Assembly (NCBI GenBank): GCA_964588165.1 | Contig: CAZPMS010000004.1 | Span: forward strand, 32,019 to 96,018 | DNA from: an uncultured Gammaproteobacteria bacterium | Lineage (GTDB): Bacteria > Patescibacteriota > Patescibacteriia > UBA1558 > UBA10009 | Direction: 5' to 3' | DNA: 64,000 nt | Part shown: positions 46,006 to 56,200 of the stretch, piece by piece | Layout of the letters: every line of letters starts with the position of its first letter | How positions within the stretch are numbered: the first letter of the stretch is position 1 | The notes under the pieces: model-generated | Seen by the model: the letters and a program-made list of their open reading frames with translations, nothing else | The model's database searches: none | What the model was told of the DNA's origin: nothing | Program-made: the position numbers and the translations under genes

Positions 46006-47262
46006 TTAATCGCTAAATTCAAGCTGATTGTTTTTTATTATTATTTCCCGCCACCTAAACTGCCGATTAACAACATCGCCGTAAGCTAAAGACAATAATT
46101 TATTTTTTTTGCCTTCAGGAAGCAAATTTGCCAAGGTCATAACAAACACAGCTGATCTATCTGGGGCAATCTTTAATCTATCTAATAAAATATACTGCAG
46201 CCATAAACTTATTAAAGGAGAGCCAGGATTTGAAAAATCAAGATTTTTAGAAATCTGCTTATTAAACCGGCTATCTATATATTCTTTAATGCCTTCATTT
46301 AACTTATCAGCTGACTTTAAAAATTTCTCTAAATTTTCCTTTTCTGCCAAAACATCCAAACCAGCCAAAACTCCTGTTTCGTTCCCCTCTAAAATAAAGC
46401 TTTGGATATTCTTAATTAAATTTTCCAAATTATCTTCACTTAAATTCTCCGAAGTAGCTAAATAATCCTCCGTTAATATACTTTCTTTTATTTGTTTGTA
46501 TAAAGCCACCAGCTCATCTTTACTACTTTCTTTAGCGCCAATCTTAGACGCCTGGGCTTCCCAAAAATCTGCTGTTTTTCTAATTTCTAGCTTATGGGTA
46601 AAAAATCTTAATATATCATAAACTTCCAAAAGAATAGTTAAAACATTTTTTTCTACTTCGCTTAAATCTTTTACCAATTGGCTACTATTTAAATAATTTA
46701 ACCTGTCTAAGGAAGTTCTAGACTCTTCAATTTTGGCACTAATATCATAATCTTTAAGCCAATTTTTTAAACTGGGATCTTGCTGGCTATTTTGTCCGGC
46801 AAATTTTAGTTTTTTATCGCCTATTAACTCCTGATTTTGTTTAAGATTTTCTAATAATACTTCTTTTTTATTGCCATCTAAATCATAAATAGGGTCTAAG
46901 CTGGCATATAAATTTTCTTTAAAATCCCAAGTTAATTCGTCTTTAACTTTTAATCGGTTAGCTGCAACTACCAAATTCTTCATAAAACTGGCTGCCTCTT
47001 CTTTAGATAAATTCATAAAACATCTTAACCTAAAAAAACCAATAATACTTAAATAGTCATAATATGTTTCCTTATTTTCAGCTTGCTTAAATTCTGCTAT
47101 GCCATCCACTTTAGCTTCCAATAATTTAGCAACTAGATAGCAATCCACCACTTCTAAATCAGAATTAGTTGTTTGACTTAAAAGCTCTTGCTGATTTTTT
47201 TGATCAGCAAAATCAGAAAAAGTATACTTATTAATTTTTTCGGTTATTTGCTCTCTGGTCAT
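46006..47262 (-). CDS. Hypothetical cytoplasmic protein
   Basis: 418-aa ORF, no recognised motif. Last gene of the giant-protein operon. Confidence 0.5.
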   Translation of the reverse strand: MTREQITEKINKYTFSDFADQKNQQELLSQTTNSDLEVVDCYLVAKLLEAKVDGIAEFKQAENKETYYDYLSIIGFFRLRCFMNLSKEEAASFMKNLVVAANRLKVKDELTWDFKENLYASLDPIYDLDGNKKEVLLENLKQNQELIGDKKLKFAGQNSQQDPSLKNWLKDYDISAKIEESRTSLDRLNYLNSSQLVKDLSEVEKNVLTILLEVYDILRFFTHKLEIRKTADFWEAQASKIGAKESSKDELVALYKQIKESILTEDYLATSENLSEDNLENLIKNIQSFILEGNETGVLAGLDVLAEKENLEKFLKSADKLNEGIKEYIDSRFNKQISKNLDFSNPGSPLISLWLQYILLDRLKIAPDRSAVFVMTLANLLPEGKKNKLLSLAYGDVVNRQFRWREIIIKNNQLEFSD

Positions 47263-47289
47263 AATAAAATTTAACTAATTTTATTTGGC

Positions 47290-50211
47290 TTATTTTGCTT
47301 TATCCTTTTTTAATTTATTAAAAAATTCCTTTAATTCCTCTTGAGTTTTGCCTCTAATATCAGTAATTTCAAAATCTCCACCCATTTTAAAGTTTTCTAT
47401 ATATAAATCCGTACCTTTAACTTTAACATCTATTTGGCCCTTGCCATTAAATGTGTTCATATCATTCCTATAACCTTCCTGATTCCTTAAGCTGTCATAG
47501 TTATCTACGGCCTCTTCGTACTTAAGGCCAGTTTGTTTTAAAATAGTAGCCAAGTGCCCTTCTGGGCCATTGAGTTCTTTCCTCCGCCATTCATGCTTTT
47601 TTTCTGAATCATTATCATAACCCTTAGACCTTAAAGATTTTAGGCCCAATTCCCTAATAATATTTAATAGGGTGATAAACTCTTCCTTTTGGCTGCCTTT
47701 TAATTTTTCTTCGGCAATTTTTCTCCATAGAACATAGTTTTGGTCTTTAGAAAAATTTTCCAAATGGCTTTCGGTTACCCTGCCTCTAGCCAAGGAATAA
47801 ATTATCTGGGAAGCGGAATTTAAAGACCGTTCCACCCAGGCCGTTTGGACCAAAGAATCCCTATCACCGGTAATATTATATTCTTCCGGGGTGCCAACCG
47901 GAATCTCTTCATAGCCCACTAAACGATTGGCGTTTTGTAAAAGTTTATCATAAGCAATTTTGCCGGTTTCATAAGCAATTTCCAATTGCCTTTCTTCTGG
48001 GCCATAAAAACTTAGGTTGCCATCTGGGCCTGCCGAAGTTAAACGGGCATCCTGCCAATGTAAAATCTTTTCAGCTGCATAGCCAACATCAGTACCCAAT
48101 AAAAGCGACTGGTTCATAGACATGCCCACACCTTTGGCATCATCTATTTTGCCATACTTACTGCTATATAATCTGTTATATTCTGCCCTCTCTTTACGTG
48201 TCATGCCTTTTTTTCCTACCAGTTCTCTCATAATAAACTGCTTCATGCCTTCGCCGCTGGAACTGTAATTAAAAGAGTTTAAAACTTCATTGGCATTACC
48301 GTCAGAAGTGGCCTTAAGTAAAACCGCCCCGGCTTTATCAAAATCCTTCCTGGCAATAGCATCTTCTAAATCTACAACTAATTCTTTCCATTCAGTAGAA
48401 GTTACATTTTTAAGCTCATCAAGATAACCGCCCCTTAAACGTTTTTTCATATCATAATTAACCGGGCCTCTTATATCCCTTAATTTACTGTCTACGCCGG
48501 CTCTTTCTTCTGATAATTTACCAATGGCTACTCCCAAGTTATTTAAATTGCGGCCTATGGCAACAGTTTCAACCACTTCGCCCTCGTCATCTTCAATTTT
48601 TACTCCCCCTTTTAACAATGATTCATCGCTGGCATCCAGTTTTAAGCCGATTAAATTATTATTCTTTTTATTTTCTAATTCGTTATAGGTTGCCAGATTG
48701 GGAGCGTCTAAATTTTCAACTCCATGAAGTTTTAGCTCTCTATATTTTTCCAATTCATCTTTGCCTAAACTCATTTCCGCTCTTTTATCAATATCATCCA
48801 GCCTGTATAACTGCTCCGAAATGGTATTATACCTTTGTTGTCTTTTTTTAATTTTTCTTCCGGCCAAGCCTTCTTTGGATGTTCTTTTAAAAATTCCCCA
48901 GTTCCATCTATCACTAAAAAAATGGTCTGGCGTGCCTAAAGCGCCAATCATGCCTCCGCGTTTAGTAGATCTGGCCAACATAGCATCTCGGCGCCTTTTT
49001 CTCCTGACTTCTTTACCTCTGGTCCAGCCATCTTTCCAATCTTGGGCCTTTAGAGGTATGCCAATGGCTGTTTCTACTTTATCCTTAACATAGCCTGCCC
49101 CTTCTTTAGCTAGGGTGCCGGCACCCCTTAAAGGAGCAGTAACTTTTCTGGCTGCCTTGCTGCCCCAATCAGAAAGCTTGCCTGATACTTTGCCGGCAAA
49201 CTTACCGGCAAATCCTCCGGCCTGCTGCGAATACTGCAAAGCTATTAGCATTAAGGCAGTGGCCACAATAAAGCTATAAAAACGTTCCCACTGGCTAATG
49301 GCGGTAGCACCGCCTTGAGACTGGCCGGCCGCCTCGGAACCTAGTTCAGAGCCGCCAAAACCGGCTGCTAAAATAGATAAAGCCAGCCACAAAAAGAAGG
49401 CTAAAATAATTCCAGTTGTTAACTGCTGCCAAAATTTAGTCCATAGTTCACTGGCATATTTTGTGGTAGAAGCAAAAGCAGAAAGTAAAAAAGCCAGAGG
49501 CGATAAAATAACCAAAACCCATAAAGAAATAATACGGTATAACAGCACGCTCACATAAGCCAACATTACTCCTATGGCAATTACCAATAAAATTATACCC
49601 AATAAAAGTGAAGCAAAAATTTCCCAGTTATTTATTGTGTCGCCGCCCGCCGGATCTGGCGCATTTATATGCAATATTTCCGTTAAGCCAAAAGCGTTAA
49701 CTAAATTATTGGCAGCTGCATCCCTAAAAGCATTTACAAAAGTTAACATTATTACCTGGCCAAAATCTATAAAGAATCCCATTATGGTCTTGGAAAAATT
49801 TATTAAAATGGCCATCAAAATAAGTTTAAAAAGGGTGTTCTTATAATGGTAATTGGAAATTTTTAAAATTGTAGAAAAAGCAATCACCAGCAAAAAAACC
49901 ACAAAAAACATATTGGAAACATCTCTAACCAAAGGCCAGCCAATGGTAACTGCATTAGAATCTAAAAAATTATTATAACTGACTATTTTAACCAGTAAAT
50001 TAATTAGGGGCAATAAAATATAAGCGCCTAAAAAATTAATAATGGCCAAAAAAAGATTTGCAAAGAAAGCCAGAATACCAACACCAAAATCTTCACCAAA
50101 ATCTGAGCCCTCCAATTTCTGTGCCAAAGCTATGGTTGGCAATAAAAAAATTGTGGTTAAAACAACCAGTTTTATTTTATGCTTTTTAATTTTTAGAAAA
50201 ATAATTTTCAT
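47290..50211 (-). CDS. Polytopic membrane protein (~7 TM in the N-terminal 330 aa) with a ~640-aa hydrophilic C-terminal domain. Possible VirB6/TrbL-like.
   Basis: Multiple hydrophobic helices, then a charged domain. The VirB6-like call rests on topology only. Confidence 0.5.
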   Translation of the reverse strand: MKIIFLKIKKHKIKLVVLTTIFLLPTIALAQKLEGSDFGEDFGVGILAFFANLFLAIINFLGAYILLPLINLLVKIVSYNNFLDSNAVTIGWPLVRDVSNMFFVVFLLVIAFSTILKISNYHYKNTLFKLILMAILINFSKTIMGFFIDFGQVIMLTFVNAFRDAAANNLVNAFGLTEILHINAPDPAGGDTINNWEIFASLLLGIILLVIAIGVMLAYVSVLLYRIISLWVLVILSPLAFLLSAFASTTKYASELWTKFWQQLTTGIILAFFLWLALSILAAGFGGSELGSEAAGQSQGGATAISQWERFYSFIVATALMLIALQYSQQAGGFAGKFAGKVSGKLSDWGSKAARKVTAPLRGAGTLAKEGAGYVKDKVETAIGIPLKAQDWKDGWTRGKEVRRKRRRDAMLARSTKRGGMIGALGTPDHFFSDRWNWGIFKRTSKEGLAGRKIKKRQQRYNTISEQLYRLDDIDKRAEMSLGKDELEKYRELKLHGVENLDAPNLATYNELENKKNNNLIGLKLDASDESLLKGGVKIEDDEGEVVETVAIGRNLNNLGVAIGKLSEERAGVDSKLRDIRGPVNYDMKKRLRGGYLDELKNVTSTEWKELVVDLEDAIARKDFDKAGAVLLKATSDGNANEVLNSFNYSSSGEGMKQFIMRELVGKKGMTRKERAEYNRLYSSKYGKIDDAKGVGMSMNQSLLLGTDVGYAAEKILHWQDARLTSAGPDGNLSFYGPEERQLEIAYETGKIAYDKLLQNANRLVGYEEIPVGTPEEYNITGDRDSLVQTAWVERSLNSASQIIYSLARGRVTESHLENFSKDQNYVLWRKIAEEKLKGSQKEEFITLLNIIRELGLKSLRSKGYDNDSEKKHEWRRKELNGPEGHLATILKQTGLKYEEAVDNYDSLRNQEGYRNDMNTFNGKGQIDVKVKGTDLYIENFKMGGDFEITDIRGKTQEELKEFFNKLKKDKAK

Positions 50212-50214
50212 TTT

Positions 50215-53200
50215 TTAATCTTTTGGCCTTATTCTAATTTCTTCTCCAGTAGAAATTAGATTGCTGGTAACGCAATTATCATGGTCGCCGCTGGCACACC
50301 AGCCCCAATGGTCTACTAAATTAACGGCCGGGGCATCAAACACGCAATCATCGCCCACCAAGCTGCCGCCCGGGCATTCAATACACCTATCACCTTTGGT
50401 ATTGGTAATACAAGTGTAATAATTATAAAAGCTGTGGTTGCCTTGAATAAACGGCCCATACTCTAAATCTCCTATGCCCCCGGTTTCATCACCCCATTCA
50501 ATATAAATCTGCTCAATCGGCATCTGATCCGGATCTACTGAACTGGTAAAATTAAGATAAACCAAGCCGCCCGGTGCTTTAAGATCGCTGGCACCATCAA
50601 CCCGCAGATCAGTAATAGCCGGAGGGGTAGATATGTCTGGATCATCAGAAATATCCATTTGATCTAAGCTGGCAATACCACAATCTTCTGTACCATCTGG
50701 CCACGGATTACATAATTCATAACTACTGCCATCCCATTGCCAGACCCCATATATTTTAGCAAATAAATTTTGGATTCTTTCTAAAGCATCCTGTTGGCCA
50801 GGATTACCCCTAGAACCACTATAAATAGGCATTTGTAATTCGCCTAAAACAAAGTTTGGATCTTCTTCATTTTCATTACCAAGTCCTCGGCAAGTTCCAT
50901 AAGCTTCTTCTACGCAATCATTATTAGTGCTACAAGGTTGGCCATTGGTTAAATTGTTAAAGGAGTTATAACAAAATTTTCCAATACCGGAACAAATGCC
51001 AGCTTCAATATTAGTAGAGCAATCATTAATTAAATCTTCGCCATCGCCAATATCTGATTCCAAACATTCATTACCCAAGGCCGGACCGCTTATACAGGTT
51101 CTGCCGGCAGTGGCCGCAGGTATAGTCATAGTATCTTGGGTAGAAATTGGGAAGCCAGCATAATATTTATTATAACTGCCACCCTGGAAAACCGATAAAG
51201 GTAAAATACTAGGATTCCAACTATTTGGCAGTTCGTTTTCCGGCTGGACAAAACTGCCGTAAGGGCTGGAATTAAGTACGCTGGCTGGCATATTTTTAGT
51301 TAGGCCCAATTCATTGCCGCTACCATAAGACCAACCATAATTAAATCTATCTAACCAAGCTTTTTCTTCACCTTCTTCGTTAACTACTTGGACAATTTCA
51401 GTACAAACATCCTTAAGATAAAAAATTAATCTAAACCCCCAATCATCATCTTGATTATCACCATCGGCAGCCCCATAGGCTACTGTTTCAATATTGCCAA
51501 AATCGTCAAAATTAACCCTCACTCTAGTTCCGCCGCTAGGCCCTTCTTCACCATAACTACCCTCTTGTCTACCCCAGCCATCACCCATACACTTCCAATT
51601 AAAATAATAATAATTACCAACTGGTTCGTATAGTAGTGAATAAATAGTTTCAAATTGTGGATAACACTCTTCACTATCATCAAAAGTTGTTAAAACATTA
51701 ATAGCTTGAATTTCACTATAATTCAGGGACCACAACTCTTCGGGCGATGAATCGCTAAAAAATATTGAATGCGAGGGCACTGAAACAACTATATCAGAGA
51801 ATCTATCATGCCAAGCCATCTTTATGTTAGTAGCCCACTTATAACCACAGTAGCCATTTTCACCAACATCGCTTGGTATTTCCTGACAAACATCACTATA
51901 ATTATCACTATAATTAGCTCTGCCTTGACTTTGTAAACAATAATATAAAGGTCTTCTATCCTGATAGCCAATATCAGCAATATTAAAAATGCTGGACATA
52001 TCACCGGATAAGCTATCTACCGGGTACCACTGCAAACAGTTTTGCCAGTTATCTGGGCTGGAAACATTATTTTGATAATAAGGATCGGGTTCCAAGCAAT
52101 AACCGTTCCAGCCATTAAATAATTGATTAGTTTGGTAAGAACAACTTGGTGAATCTTCACGAGGGAATAACCGGCAATCTTTACCCACCAAAGTAGATTC
52201 ATTAACTTCCAAAACAGGCTCCAGTAAAATATTATCGTACCAAATAGTGCCTTTAAATGGATAAGTATCATTTTCCAAATTCCTTAAATCTATCCTTACA
52301 TATTTGGCATCTGGCGGAATTTCTTTAAAACTATGGCTTTCGCCTTCCGGGCCAAAAGTTATAATGCCTTTTTGCCAATCACTGGCTGAAGTTGGATGGC
52401 TAGGGCTTGTAGAACATTTATTGCTGGTTGGGTTGCAGTAAATGCCTCTAACATTACTGCCGCCTGAACTAATTCCACAATAACCAGGGCTGCCTGCTGA
52501 CACGCCATCTTTGCATTGGTTAAAATTACCATCAAACCAAGTTAAACCGGCTGCGCCCCTAATTTGGCTGTTAGAAGAAAGGCTATAATGGATCAAGGAA
52601 TAATATGAATCAGGATCAATAAAATAAAAACCATTATCATTGCCGCCACGGGAACTGAATGGGCAGATTGTTTGATCATTATCCGGATCTTCTTCTCTTA
52701 GGGTTATGGATAAGCTATATTGGCCAGCTAAAACCTTATTGGTATCTAAACTGTAAGAACAATAATCGCGAGTGGTATAGAACCCATTTATCCCTTCAGA
52801 ATCTGCCCAGTTGGCCAGCCAATTTTTAATATTTGGAGAACTATCTAAATCACCGCTGAAATTTTCAAAACTGCCGTTATCTACTTTAACTTTATGGCCC
52901 ACCTGCTGCATATTTTCCGGTGAATAATAACCTTCTATAACATTTCCATCGCCCCAATCCAAGCCTACATGGCTATAACCGGATAAATATCTGGTTTTAT
53001 CTACTTCGGTACCAAAATCAAATGTCTGCACTTCTGGAGCGCTAGTTGGCGGCACTAAATCTGCACACTCGGATGAATTTTCAGGGTTCAAGCCTTTACA
53101 TCTAACCAAATCCAGGCAGGAATATTCACCTTCGGATACTTGAATGGCTCCACCGCACTGCAGCCATTCGGAACACTCTCTATCTTTAACTACACTATAA

Positions 53201-56200
53201 TACTTGTTTGAATCGCAATAGCTGTTGCTGGTAAATGGAGCTTCTGTATCGCAATTTGCCGGGGTATTGCCGTCTGCCGTGGCCTGGCTGCTCCAGTCTA
53301 AACTATTATTACTGGTATCATTAAATAATAAGCAACCAGCTTCTCTGTCTACTACACCATCTTTGCAGGCTTCGCCAACTTCTAATGTATTATTTAAATA
53401 ATAATAAGGTTCACAAACTGAATTATAAATACAATATTCATCACCCTCTTGTACGCTACATGCCCTTACGGCATCAGCATCCGGATGCGTACTACACCTA
53501 TTATCACCGCTTGGGCCAATACAACAATCTTCACCGTCAGGACCTACTGCCGGATCTCCAATATCACAATACCAATCATAGGCTGAATAGTAGATATCTT
53601 CGCCCGGAGCGGCTTGAGTACAGCCTAAGGTATTAAAATCATTGCCTTCTTCCCGGCAAACTTTATGCTGAATGCCATTTATTTCTACTCGGCAATAACT
53701 ATTGGAAATATCCTCACAAATTCCGGTTAAGTTAGATGAAATTGATGAATCACATATTTCTGCACTCTCAAACATAGGTTGTTCCGGGTCTAAATACTCT
53801 GTACAAGTTGATTCTGAAGCAGGGCAAACGCCAACCCAGCCTTCATAATTATACTGCCCCTCTATTGGTAAAAATTTATCATCGTAGCATGGCTCATCAG
53901 TACCTGTCCTTAACCATCTATTACCGCTAAAGTAGCAGGTTCTGCTTTCTTCTTCGCCACCTGCACCAACAGGATCAAAGTAAGCACTTTGGCCGGTAAG
54001 TTCACCTGTAAAAGAAGTGCAGAACAAGGAACTTTCACTGCATAAAGAACTTCCATAATTATCCGGATTATTAATTAAATTAACGGTACCATAACCATCT
54101 ATAAAATTTTCATCTGTATAATCTTCTAGCTGGCGGTTAAATGAAGGTTTGCCTAAACGCTGGCAACCCTGGTTTGAGCCAGAACATTGTTTATCAGGAT
54201 CATTTACTAAATACAATATTTCATCATTAGGCACTTTGGCTACCTCATAATTACATGAATCTCCACCGCCAACATTACACTTAACTTCTCCCCTAATAAT
54301 ACAATCGCCATCAGCATCTATTTGGCCGACTGTATTATTACAAATACCCTGGCCACCAAAGCCATTATCATATACTTTTTCTGATTGGTAATTTGTTGAA
54401 TTCTGGGTGGTTAAATAAGCTTCACAACCAATAGAAGTAGAAGAACAAATAAAGTCAAAAGATTTTAAGTTATAAATTTGGTTCTGCCTATCTAAATATT
54501 GCTGGCAACCAAGTTGAGCGCCATCGCTTGGCGTATCACAAGAATTTGGAGTTTGCCAAGAATTTTCTATCACATAAAAATTATTTGTATATTCCTTGAG
54601 AGTAATATTATCTACAAAAAATGCTTCATTGCCATCTAGGCCGTTAATAATCAATCTTGTTTGGCCATAAGTTCCTACATCGTCAAGCTCTACCGGCCCT
54701 AAGTTATAAAGCCGCCACTCAGAAGTTAAACCATCCAGCTCAAAATTAAGCAAAGTTGTATCGGTTGGATCTGCCGCTTGTGCCTTTTGTCCAAACAAAG
54801 AAGCTAATTTTTGGAAAGGCGTGCTTAGAGTAACAGGTTCCACCTCAAATAAATCCTCTACATCCGCTTTAGTTCCTCCGGGCACATTTCCTTTTTTAGC
54901 CCAGAAAGATAAAACATATTCTTTGCCTGATGATATCTGATTTATTAAATTATTAATTATAGTATCATTGCTTACAAATCCCCTTAAAGAATGGCCTCCC
55001 TGGTAAACTGATTCATTAGAAACAATAATGCCTAAGCTGCCTTCTTCTGTATTTTCCCAGCCTTCAGAAATTCCGCTTTCAAAATTGCTAAAAATTACAT
55101 TGCGGATATTATTACCGTTATTTCCCCTGTATTCCCGGCAACCATTAAATGTGGCTGAACAACTTATGCCTTCGGCAGGGTCGGCATTATAAATTTCACC
55201 CGTAGCTGTTCTACGGTAAGGCCTGCAATCACCAGAGGCAGTAATTGTCCTATCTTGGAGCCTCCAAAAAATATCACCATCGGTATCAAAAAATTCCCGG
55301 CAATTTGGATCGGTTTCTGCTTCTAAAGCAGTGCAGCTGGCTTGGGTTTCTAAAGTATCCTGGCACTCTTCGGTGCCGATTTCTATATTAGTACAAGGGC
55401 CGATATCAATATTACTGGCCAATAAATTCCATTTCTTTAATTGATAACCGCTGGTATCAGAGCCTTCCCATGTAAAGTAGCTTTGGATATTGGAATTATT
55501 TGGTGAAATACACTGCCTTAAATATGTAAAATATTCTATGCCCTCGCCGCCCTGGGCTACCTCATCTAAATTGGTAAACTGCTCACAGCCGGCATCTTGG
55601 ACCGGGCATTCTTGGGCTGTTTGAGGTATAAAGTTTTGGTAAAACGGATCTACGTCTGGATCTTCTACCTTTTCAAAAAAGGTATTAAGCTGCAAATAGC
55701 TATCGTAGCCAACACACTCCACTGGGCAAACATTATCTTGGGTAACTTTAGCTGATATTTCCGGACCGCCGGTTAAAGGAGTATAGCCTTGGCAGCCGAT
55801 TTCATTAGCTTTACAAAAAGTGGCATAATTTTGGCACAAGGCATCGCCGCTTTGGACACAGAAATTAATATCACTGCGCCAATAATGGCCGTCCGCAAAA
55901 CAATCAGCCTTATTAGCTTCTGAATAATCCAATAAAAGATCATTATAGCCTTCGCAAGCTAAATATTCCGGAGCCACTCTTATAAATTGCCTGGCATAGT
56001 TATCATCCTGGCTGTAATCTTGCTGATAGTTATTCGGATCAAAGTTAAAGTTATCTAAATTATGGGCAACTACCGGTGACCCGGTAACTGCCAACTGGAT
56101 ATTATCGTACCAAACAGTACCTGTTTCGCCAGAACCGTCAGTGGTCCGCGGGCCGTTAATTTTTATAACGGCATATTTGGCATTGGCCGGAATTCCGGTT